From Anaerolineales bacterium (GTDB taxonomy: Bacteria; Chloroflexota; Anaerolineae; Anaerolineales; UBA4823), in assembly GCA_046485135.1 (NCBI GenBank), contig JAWOHN010000044.1, positions 14,231 to 78,230 of the forward strand: a stretch of 64,000 nucleotides of DNA. Reading direction: 5' to 3'. The position numbers and the translations under genes are program-made. Numbering within the stretch: position 1 is the first letter of the stretch; the number at the start of each line of letters is the position of its first letter. Below the pieces are notes generated by a model, which worked only from the letters and a program-made list of their open reading frames with translations, made no database searches and was not told where the DNA came from. Positions 56,523-64,000 of this stretch are shown here, one piece after another.

Positions 56523-57977
56523 TTACCTGGGTGTATTGCTAAATCGACCGCCCCATTGCATTGGGTCTCCGGGATAGCCCAATGCCACCCAATCCAGGCG
56601 ACCTTCTGAGCTGTGGCAGGATTTGCATTGCAATGCGTTATCCGCCGGGGCAATCATATGGGATAGAGACCAATACATCTCTGTTTCAGCAAAACCATAT
56701 TCGCCGCTGTAAGCCATGTTGGTGGCCTCGGCTCCCGCGCGCAGAGCGATATCCCAATCAAATGTATCCCAAAAACCGCCCTCCCCGGCTGTCATGGGCT
56801 GCAACAAGTAGTTATAGACTGCATCGTACGGTTGCTTTCCACGATGTACCTTGAAAGGCCAGATTTTTGCTTCTGGGTCTGAAATATCACCATCTAACGT
56901 GTTGATCTGTGTTACCTGAGTGGGGTCGATGATATCCCCAAAGAGATAGCGATCTTTAGCGCCTTTGTACCAGTAATATTCCGGTGTAAAACCCGATTCA
57001 TACACAAAACTTCCCTTGACCTTTAGGTAAGCGTGGGGATCTTCTGGCAAGTCTTGCCCGGCTGTGGACCAGTCCCAATACATCTTGGTGGGTTCAATGA
57101 CTGCCCCAGTTGGGACATGACAGGTCTGGCATGCAACGGCATTGGCGTGCGCATTAATACGCGCATCACTGTGCAAGTTCTCTGAATGGCAGTCTGAACA
57201 GGCAACCTGGTTTTCGCGATCCAGGGAGACGGAGATGGCCCGGCCGCGGATATCATGATCCTGCGCCTGGTGACAATCGATGCATTGGAAATCATGACCG
57301 CCCATATGGATATCCAGGCTGGCAGAGGGGAAATACAGGGTCTGGTCCATGTCACCGTGCTTGACCGCGTTTCCACCGCCACCATTGAAATGGCAAGAAC
57401 CGCAATTTTCCCGGGTAGGTGAACCAACACTTTGGGCAGAGGCCAGCAGGTCCACGCCCTCAACCGGAAGGCCACCGCGTCCCTTGACATATCCGCCAGA
57501 GAGATCGTGGCACACCAGGCAGTCAACATTTTCCTGCACAGAAAAGTCAAAGTCCGCATCGAACCATCCATAACCGGCATGGCAGGAGGTGCAAGAAGGC
57601 CAGTTCGACTGGATGCCCAGACAAAAATTGTTCAGCGAGTTCTTCTTGCCGATGGTGACCGGTTCATCTCTTCCTTCCAACTGGTAAGGCTTGCTTTCCC
57701 AGGTCCAATGCACCGTCTGCATGAGATCCTGCGCAGCGTCAGGATGGCACTCCAGGCAGGCCCGGGTTACATCAGAGCCTGTTTCAAACGGTCCTGCAAG
57801 CAAATCCGTATGATTTGTATGGGGAGATTTTTTGGGGACAACCGCCCAAGGGTCATCGGCTGCCCGAGTATCTTTCGGAATTAACAAGATCACCGGCACA
57901 GCAATACTCAGCAGGGTAAAGACCAGTCCAAAGATCCAGATATACTTTGCACTTCTGATTTTGTCGGCAATGCGCAT
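56523..57977 (-). CDS. Octaheme c-type cytochrome, tetrathionate reductase (Otr)-family-like, N-terminally membrane-anchored
   Basis: Eight CxxCH motifs (CLECH, CTSCH, CLVCH, CGSCH, CIDCH, CSDCH, CQTCH, CKSCH). 484 aa with one N-terminal TM helix. Blocks HWTWE, SCHAGYGW and VDCLVCHD match my recollection of the Otr family. No CxxCK and no CX15CH. Confidence 0.65.
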   Translation of the reverse strand: MRIADKIRSAKYIWIFGLVFTLLSIAVPVILLIPKDTRAADDPWAVVPKKSPHTNHTDLLAGPFETGSDVTRACLECHPDAAQDLMQTVHWTWESKPYQLEGRDEPVTIGKKNSLNNFCLGIQSNWPSCTSCHAGYGWFDADFDFSVQENVDCLVCHDLSGGYVKGRGGLPVEGVDLLASAQSVGSPTRENCGSCHFNGGGGNAVKHGDMDQTLYFPSASLDIHMGGHDFQCIDCHQAQDHDIRGRAISVSLDRENQVACSDCHSENLHSDARINAHANAVACQTCHVPTGAVIEPTKMYWDWSTAGQDLPEDPHAYLKVKGSFVYESGFTPEYYWYKGAKDRYLFGDIIDPTQVTQINTLDGDISDPEAKIWPFKVHRGKQPYDAVYNYLLQPMTAGEGGFWDTFDWDIALRAGAEATNMAYSGEYGFAETEMYWSLSHMIAPADNALQCKSCHSSEGRLDWVALGYPGDPMQWGGRFSNTPR

Positions 57978-57988
57978 TGCCTCTCCTC

Positions 57989-58351
57989 TTATTCTTCCGA
58001 GAGCTCTAGCAGGTTGGCGCGATAGTTGATCCGATCGCGCAAGACAGTTAACAAGGTATCCAGCGCCTCGATCAAGCGGTGGTCGGTCAGGGTGTATTCG
58101 ACGCTGGCACCTTGTCGCTCAGCGCGCACCAGACCGCGCTCTTTCAAAATTTTCAAATGGCGAGACGCGGCCGGCTGGCTGATGCCGACATTGGAGGCCA
58201 GATCGCCGACATTCAGGCTTTGCTCCGAAAGCGCATAAAGAATAAGCAAGCGCTTTGAATCTGCCAGAGCAGAACATAACTCAGCATGCAATTCGGATAT
58301 TTGATGGGCCAAATTGATATTATCCATATTTTCTTTTATCCATGTATTCAC
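57989..58351 (-). CDS. ArsR/SmtB-family transcriptional regulator
   Basis: ALADSKRLLILYAL...NVGDLASNVGISQPAASRHLKILKERGLV is a winged HTH. Single Cys (AELCSAL). GTG start at 58351; ATG alternative at 58327. Confidence 0.85.
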   Translation of the reverse strand: MNTWIKENMDNINLAHQISELHAELCSALADSKRLLILYALSEQSLNVGDLASNVGISQPAASRHLKILKERGLVRAERQGASVEYTLTDHRLIEALDTLLTVLRDRINYRANLLELSEE

Positions 58352-58618
58352 TTATACGTATATATCTCAATGCACAAGTATACTAATATGGTGTTAACCT
58401 TGCTAGTGAAATACGTCACACGCGCGTATTACATTAATCATAAATAAATCACCTTCTCAAGATATTCAACAACCAGATGGAGCATCAAGAGGGAATATGC
58501 CAATCGGCAGTCTCAGGGATGACAGTTAGCACTACCCAAAATGAACAAACCGCAACATAATGAAACAAGGATATTTCCATCCATTTTTTACCTAACTTCT
58601 CGAATAAGGAGGCAAAAT

Positions 58619-58870
58619 ATGCCCGTTAAGGGATGGATCGAGGTAAATGAAAGATATTGCAAAGGGTGTGAGCTGTGTGTGGAGGCCTGCCCGCAAAATG
58701 TACTCATTATCGATATGGAGCACCTGACACCAAAAGGCTACCACCCTGTCATGCTTAACGAAGTTGAAAAAAGCTGCACCGGCTGTGCCATTTGTGCACT
58801 GGTTTGTCCAGAAGCAGCCCTAACAGTATTCCGCGAGACACCCGTGCGCGCGGGCCAAACAGCAGAATAG
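58619..58870 (+). CDS. 2-oxoacid:ferredoxin oxidoreductase delta subunit (2x[4Fe-4S] ferredoxin)
   Basis: [12 protein letters not shown] and [12 protein letters not shown] clusters. SD TAAGGAGG upstream of ATG 58619 (track start 58541 is unlikely). Confidence 0.85.
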   Translation: MPVKGWIEVNERYCKGCELCVEACPQNVLIIDMEHLTPKGYHPVMLNEVEKSCTGCAICALVCPEAALTVFRETPVRAGQTAE

Positions 58871-58880
58871 GAGTTATCGT

Positions 58881-59996
58881 ATGGCTCGAGAACTGCTTGA
58901 AGGAAACCTGGCAATGGCTGAAGCCGCGGTGCGCGCGGGCTTAGAAGCCTATTTTGGTTATCCAATCACTCCCCAAACAGAAATACTGGAATGGCTCTCA
59001 CACCGAATGCCTGAATTAGGGCGGGCTTTTTTGCAGGCAGAGAGCGAAGTTGCTGCCGTCAACATGGTCTACGGAGCTGCCTGCACCGGCGCCAGGGTCA
59101 TGAGCTCATCATCCAGCCCTGGGGTATCGCTGATGATGGAAGGTCTTTCCTATATCGCCGGCACGGAGATCCCAGCAGTTTTGATCGATGTTGTGCGGGG
59201 GGGTCCTGGTCTGGGAAATATCGCTCCTTCACAAGGAGACTACAACCAGATCGTACATGGCGGCGGTCATGGCGATTATCACCCGATTGTGTTGGCTCCC
59301 GCCAGCGTTCAGGAAGCTATTGATCTGGTGGTAATGGCATTTGATCTGGCTGAAAAATACCGCACCATTACCATTGTCATGGCGGATGGGAGCATTGGAC
59401 AAATGATGGAGCCGGCTGAGTTACCTCCCATGCGGCCGATTAAAAAAGACAGACCAGATTGGGCTGTAGATGGATCCCCAGATCGAGACCGGCGTTTCCT
59501 TTCATCGATTTATATCAATCCGGAAGAGGAAGAGGTCTGCAACTACCGGTTGATGGAAACCTGGAATCGCATCCAGGAAAATGAGATTCGCTTCCGAGAA
59601 TATTACCTGGACGATGCTGAGATCGTTGTGGTGGGTTTTGGAACAGCCGGCAGGATTGCGTTATCCGCTGTCCGCAGCGCCAGGGCAGAGGGCATCCCGG
59701 TTGGGCTGCTACGCCCGATCACCTTGAGTCCCTTCCCGGCTGCCCAAGTCAGCGAACTTGCTAAGACCGCTCAAACCATTCTGGTTGTCGAGATGAACGC
59801 TGGTCAGATGCTCGCAGATGTGCAGTTGCATTCCAGCGGGCGTGTTCCAGTGGAGTTTTACGGACGGATGGGCGGCATGGTTCCCTTCCCAGATGAGATC
59901 CTGGCAGAGATCCAACGTGTGGCTCGCGGACCAGTGGTCCCAAATGGCGATCCCCGCCGAGCCTGGATGAAACGCTTTAAGCCTGGACGAAACTGA
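58881..59996 (+). CDS. 2-oxoacid:ferredoxin oxidoreductase alpha subunit
   Basis: [16 protein letters not shown]...YPITPQTE N-terminus typical of the POR/KOR/VOR alpha subunit; 371 aa. Confidence 0.88.
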   Translation: MARELLEGNLAMAEAAVRAGLEAYFGYPITPQTEILEWLSHRMPELGRAFLQAESEVAAVNMVYGAACTGARVMSSSSSPGVSLMMEGLSYIAGTEIPAVLIDVVRGGPGLGNIAPSQGDYNQIVHGGGHGDYHPIVLAPASVQEAIDLVVMAFDLAEKYRTITIVMADGSIGQMMEPAELPPMRPIKKDRPDWAVDGSPDRDRRFLSSIYINPEEEEVCNYRLMETWNRIQENEIRFREYYLDDAEIVVVGFGTAGRIALSAVRSARAEGIPVGLLRPITLSPFPAAQVSELAKTAQTILVVEMNAGQMLADVQLHSSGRVPVEFYGRMGGMVPFPDEILAEIQRVARGPVVPNGDPRRAWMKRFKPGRN

Positions 59997-60015
59997 GGTA
60001 GAGAGGAGATTCTAT

Positions 60016-60792
60016 ATGGCAACTGCATTAACCAGCCAGGTGGTCTATGAACGACCCGAATCCTTGGCAGATACCCCTACCACGTATTGCCCGGGTTGCA
60101 CCCATGGTGTAGCCCACCGCCTGGTAGCGGAGGTATTGGATGAAATGAATTTACGCGAAAGCGCTATCGGCGTTGCTCCGGTGGGTTGCTCCGTTTTCGC
60201 TTACAACTTTTTTAATGTCGATTTTGTTCAAGCCGCTCATGGGCGCGCTCCGGCCATGGCAACTGGCATCAAACGCGTGCTCCCTGATCGGACCGTCTTT
60301 ACGTACCAGGGAGATGGCGACCTGGCTTCTATTGGGATGAGCGAGATTATGCACGTGGGTATGCGCGGTGAAAATATCACCGTGATATTCATCAATAATG
60401 CAATCTACGGAATGACCGGCGGGCAGATGGCGCCCACGACCTTGCCGGGTCAAAAGACGTCCTCTTCACCAAACGGGCGTGACGTTGAGCAGACGGGTTA
60501 CCCCGCCCGCATGGCAGAAGTTTTGTCGACCCTGGATGGATCTGGCTATGTTGTCCGGCGCAGCCTGCATGATCCAAAAAACATCCGCCTGGCAAAGAAA
60601 GCCATTCGCATGGCCTTTGAAACCCAACAACGAGGCCTGGGATTCTCCATGGTGGAGTTGCTCTCTACCTGCCCAACCAACTGGGGTTTTACTCCAACAC
60701 AAGCGTTGGAATGGTTGGTGGAACATATGATCCCTGCATACCCGTTGGGTGATTACAAAGTTAATCCAGCCCTGGCAGGGTTAAAGCTGTAG
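60016..60792 (+). CDS. 2-oxoacid:ferredoxin oxidoreductase beta subunit (TPP-binding)
   Basis: YCPGCTHG and the TPP motif GDGDLASIG...[11 protein letters not shown]. Confidence 0.9.
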   Translation: MATALTSQVVYERPESLADTPTTYCPGCTHGVAHRLVAEVLDEMNLRESAIGVAPVGCSVFAYNFFNVDFVQAAHGRAPAMATGIKRVLPDRTVFTYQGDGDLASIGMSEIMHVGMRGENITVIFINNAIYGMTGGQMAPTTLPGQKTSSSPNGRDVEQTGYPARMAEVLSTLDGSGYVVRRSLHDPKNIRLAKKAIRMAFETQQRGLGFSMVELLSTCPTNWGFTPTQALEWLVEHMIPAYPLGDYKVNPALAGLKL

Positions 60793-60812
60793 CAGGTCAG
60801 AGGAGAATAGTC

Positions 60813-61370
60813 ATGCAAACTGAAGTCATATTTGCCGGATTTGGAGGGCAAGGCGTCCTCTTTGCAGGACAGCTTTTGGCTTATGCAGCTTTGGATGCGG
60901 GAAAAGAAGTAACCTGGATCCCATCTTACGGCCCTGAAATGCGCGGCGGCACAGCCAATTGCACCGTCGTTGTTGCAGATGAAGAGATCGGATCCCCACT
61001 CGTCCGCAATCCCCAGGCTGCCATTGTTATGAATCTGCCATCCCTGGATAAATACGAGCCAATGGTAGCTTCAGGAGGCGTTCTGATTGCGAACTCTTCC
61101 TTGACCAATCGCGAGGCGCAAAGAGATGATCTGGATTGCGTCTTCATACCGGCCAATGAAATCGCCGAAGAGATCGGGAACAAGCGCTTGATCAATGTGA
61201 TCATGCTGGGTGCGCTGCTGGCTAAGCTGCCGGTGTTGCCTTTTGAGGCCATTGAGCAGGCCTTAGAGAACCATCTTCCTGAACGACATAAGCGCCTGCT
61301 GCCGATGAACCTGGAAGCGCTGCGCAGAGGCGCAGCTTACGCCAGGGGAGAAACTGAAAAAATCGGTTAA
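60813..61370 (+). CDS. 2-oxoacid:ferredoxin oxidoreductase gamma subunit
   Basis: [19 protein letters not shown]-terminus typical of the gamma subunit; 185 aa. Confidence 0.88.
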   Translation: MQTEVIFAGFGGQGVLFAGQLLAYAALDAGKEVTWIPSYGPEMRGGTANCTVVVADEEIGSPLVRNPQAAIVMNLPSLDKYEPMVASGGVLIANSSLTNREAQRDDLDCVFIPANEIAEEIGNKRLINVIMLGALLAKLPVLPFEAIEQALENHLPERHKRLLPMNLEALRRGAAYARGETEKIG

Positions 61371-61402
61371 GAAACCAAAAGAAAATTGAAAGCGTTTTCA
61401 AA

Positions 61403-61438
61403 ACAAGTGCGAGAGTTGGGACTCTCGCACTTGTTTTT
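61403..61438. terminator. Bidirectional rho-independent terminator between the oxidoreductase operon and ppdK
   Basis: acaagtgcgagagt-tggg-actctcgcacttgt is a perfect 14-bp stem, followed by tttt and preceded by ttttcaaa. Confidence 0.85.
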
Positions 61439-61465
61439 AGATATTTTTGGCTAGGACAAAGCTAC

Positions 61466-64000
61466 TTACAGATCTTCCGCAATGCTCACACCCTGGTGTT
61501 TGAGGGCAGCGTGGGCAGCAGCCAGGCGGGCGACAGGTACGCGGAATGGTGAGCAACTCACGTAGTTATTGCCTACCATATGGCAGAACTCAATTGAGTT
61601 CGGGTCACCGCCATGCTCGCCGCAAATGCCGACTTCCAAACCTGTGCGAGTAGCCCGGCCACGGGTGACGGCAATGTCCATCAAATCTCCGACGCCATCA
61701 CGATCGATGGTCTGGAAGGGATTCACCGGCAGGATGCCATCTTCCACGTATTTGAGCAGGAAATTCCGCTCTGCGTCATCACGGCTGTACCCATAGGTCA
61801 TCTGGGTCAAGTCATTGGTGCCAAAGGAGAAGAATTCAGCGATTTCAGCAATCTCACCGGCGGTCACACAAGCACGGGGAATCTCGATCATCGTTCCAAA
61901 CTTATATTCGAAGCTGACTTTCTTCTCATCCATAACTGCTTTGGCAATCCGCTCAAGGCGGGGCTGGATGAATTTCAATTCATTGATATGCCCTGTCAGG
62001 GGGATCATAACTTCTGGCTTGGCTTTGACGCCCTTCAGGGTCACATTGGCAGCGGCTTCAAAGATGGCTCGCACCTGCATTTCAACGATTTCCGGCATCA
62101 TGATGCTCAAACGGACACCACGCAATCCCATCATCGGGTTGCTCTCGTGCAAAGCCTGAACATTCGCCAGGAGCATTTCTTTTTCTTCCAGGCCTTCTTG
62201 CACGCCTTTAACCCGCATGGTAACCACTTCCTCCAAAAGTTCTTCTTGAGAGGGCAGGAATTCGTGCAGGGGTGGGTCGATCAAGCGAATAATGACCGGA
62301 CAGCCATCCATCGCTTCGAACAGACCTTCAAAGTCTGCCCGCTGGTAAGGAAGCAGCTCATCCAGGGCGCTCACCCGCCCCTCACTGGTTTTGGCGAGGA
62401 TCATGCGCTGGACGATCGGCAAGCGCTCGGCCTCAAAGAACATATGCTCGGTCCGGCAGAGACCAATGCCAACTGCGCCATAGGAACGTGCTCGCTGAGC
62501 ATCCTTGGGATAATCGGCGTTCGCCCACACCTGCAGGCCGCGAGTCGGCCAGCCTTCAGGGGCTTTGCGGATGCCAGGAGTGGCGCAAATCTCATCAGCC
62601 CATTTGAGCAAGGTCAGTAGGTCGGTTTGCTCTTCCAGGGTCGGGGAAATGGTCGGCATCTGTCCTGCGAATACTTCGCCACTGGTCCCATCCACTGAGA
62701 TCCATTCGCCTTCTTTGATGACGTTGCCGTGAACGGTCATTTGTCGTTTTTCCAGGTCGATGCGGATGGCAGCCGCGCCGACAATACAGGGGACGCCAAA
62801 CTGGCGGGCAACCACAGCTGCATGAGAGGTGGCGCCACCTTCGCTGGTCAAGATGCCTTTGGCAGCCAGCATACCATGAACGTCATCCGGCTTGGTGAAA
62901 GGCCGGACCATGATCACATCCTGGCCATGCTCTTTGGCCATCTTTTCGGCCGTATCAGCGTCAAAATATACCTGGCCTACTGCCGCGCCGGGGGATGCAT
63001 TTACACCTGTAGCCAGGACACGCTCTTTTTGCCGGGCTTCAATTTTTGCATTATCATCAAAACGGGGATGCAGCAATGTATCTACCTGAGCAGAGGTGAC
63101 CCGCAGAATGGCCTGTTCCTTGGAGATCAAGCCCTCGTTGAACATATCCACAGCAATGGAGACCTCTGCTTTGGCTGTGCGCTTTCCGTTACGGGTCTGC
63201 AGCATCCACAGCTTACCCCGCTCGATGGTGAACTCGACATCCTGCATGTCTTTGTAGTGTTGCTCGAGACGGTCAGTGATGTCCATAAATTCCTGGTAGA
63301 CCGAGGGCATCACTTCCGCCAATTTATCAATTTTCTCAGTATTGCGGATACCTGCCACGACGTCTTCACCCTGTGCGTTCAACAGGTAATCGCCGTACAT
63401 CATTTTCTCGCCGGTAGCCGGGTCGCGCGTGAAGGCCACTCCCGTACCGGAATCCCAACCCATATTCCCAAAGACCATGGTTTGGATATTGACAGCGGTG
63501 CCCAGGTCATGGGCAATGCCAGCTGCGTTGCGGTAGTCTACCGCCCGTTTACCGTTCCAAGATCCAAAGACCGCTTCCGTTGCCAGGCGCAGCTGCTCAT
63601 AAGGGTCTTGCGGGAAACCACTGGCGCGATGTTCTTTGACTACAGCTTTAAACGTTTCAGTTATTGCTTTCCAATCATCAGCAGTCAGATCTGTGTCTGC
63701 TTTTACGTTTTTCTTTGCTTTATATTCGTGCAAAGGACCTTCGAATGCTTCATCTGGGATGCCCAAAACGACCGAGCCAAACATCTCCACCAGGCGCCGG
63801 TACAAGTCGTATACGAACCTTTCATCACCGGTTGCTGCTACCATCCCTGCGGCAGTCTGATCGTTCAGACCGATGTTCAAAACAGTATCCATCATACCCG
63901 GCATGGAGAACTTAGAGCCAGAGCGGCAGGAAACCAACAAGGGCATCTCAGGATCGCCAAATTTTTTCCCGGTAGCTTTCTCAACCTCTTTCATCGCTGC
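61466..64000 (-). CDS. ppdK: Pyruvate, phosphate dikinase; N-terminus lies beyond the window edge
   Basis: The frame is open to nt 64000. Phosphohistidine region LTSEGGATSHAAVVARQFG and PEP-utilising motifs GIGLCRTEHMF and FFSFGTNDLTQ. Confidence 0.93.
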   Translation of the reverse strand, partial: AAMKEVEKATGKKFGDPEMPLLVSCRSGSKFSMPGMMDTVLNIGLNDQTAAGMVAATGDERFVYDLYRRLVEMFGSVVLGIPDEAFEGPLHEYKAKKNVKADTDLTADDWKAITETFKAVVKEHRASGFPQDPYEQLRLATEAVFGSWNGKRAVDYRNAAGIAHDLGTAVNIQTMVFGNMGWDSGTGVAFTRDPATGEKMMYGDYLLNAQGEDVVAGIRNTEKIDKLAEVMPSVYQEFMDITDRLEQHYKDMQDVEFTIERGKLWMLQTRNGKRTAKAEVSIAVDMFNEGLISKEQAILRVTSAQVDTLLHPRFDDNAKIEARQKERVLATGVNASPGAAVGQVYFDADTAEKMAKEHGQDVIMVRPFTKPDDVHGMLAAKGILTSEGGATSHAAVVARQFGVPCIVGAAAIRIDLEKRQMTVHGNVIKEGEWISVDGTSGEVFAGQMPTISPTLEEQTDLLTLLKWADEICATPGIRKAPEGWPTRGLQVWANADYPKDAQRARSYGAVGIGLCRTEHMFFEAERLPIVQRMILAKTSEGRVSALDELLPYQRADFEGLFEAMDGCPVIIRLIDPPLHEFLPSQEELLEEVVTMRVKGVQEGLEEKEMLLANVQALHESNPMMGLRGVRLSIMMPEIVEMQVRAIFEAAANVTLKGVKAKPEVMIPLTGHINELKFIQPRLERIAKAVMDEKKVSFEYKFGTMIEIPRACVTAGEIAEIAEFFSFGTNDLTQMTYGYSRDDAERNFLLKYVEDGILPVNPFQTIDRDGVGDLMDIAVTRGRATRTGLEVGICGEHGGDPNSIEFCHMVGNNYVSCSPFRVPVARLAAAHAALKHQGVSIAEDL

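Noticed and set aside
61613-62620. 335-aa plus-strand ORF inside ppdK
   Set aside because: It is antisense to a gene with clear pyruvate phosphate dikinase motifs and has no recognisable domains. It is typical of a long shadow ORF in a highly expressed, codon-biased gene.
1-64000. Mobile elements, prophage, integrons or defence islands (restriction, CRISPR-Cas, toxin-antitoxin)
   Set aside because: I recognised no transposase, integrase, recombinase, Cas, reverse transcriptase, or terminal inverted/direct repeat pair. The only defence-like hints (the MoxR/VWA cluster and the degenerate methylase-like ORF) are reported as low-certainty findings instead.

Overview
The 64 kb window is a gene-dense chromosomal segment of about 53% GC. 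I call 58 protein-coding genes and find no rRNA, tRNA, CRISPR array, transposase, integrase or phage structural gene. All assignments come from reading motifs in the supplied translations; no homology search was run. The Pro/Thr-rich linkers (TPTPTP...), the many GAF histidine kinases and the gene content suggest a Chloroflexota (Anaerolineae-like) organism, but this is inference only. Housekeeping content includes argF-rocD, pyk, prs, hpt, tdk, cca, rplU-rpmA-rpmE, a class A PBP, an amidase plus L,D-transpeptidase pair, a four-subunit 2-oxoacid:ferredoxin oxidoreductase and ppdK. Genes at both window edges are truncated. The strongest candidate for an undescribed system is a tightly packed five-gene minus-strand operon (51915-58351). 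It encodes an ArsR regulator, an Otr-like octaheme cytochrome c, a 926-aa heptaheme-c/cytochrome-b fusion (CbcL-like), and a split YeeE/YedE sulfur transporter. The transporter's second half carries a Cys-less rhodanese domain and a C-terminal GGGGCG arm. Other notable items:
- ribosomal protein L31 fused to an RNA polymerase alpha-CTD-like domain
- a threonine-synthase-like enzyme fused to a receiver domain, sitting between a hybrid kinase and a DMT exporter
- a histidine kinase with a motif-perfect MshEN (c-di-GMP-binding) domain
- a MoxR/VWA pair next to a Vps62-like membrane protein
- tandem DarA/PstA-like c-di-AMP receptor paralogs
- a P-II-like gene coupled to an RCK-less CPA2 antiporter
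- a consensus sigma-70 promoter with a structured leader upstream of rplU
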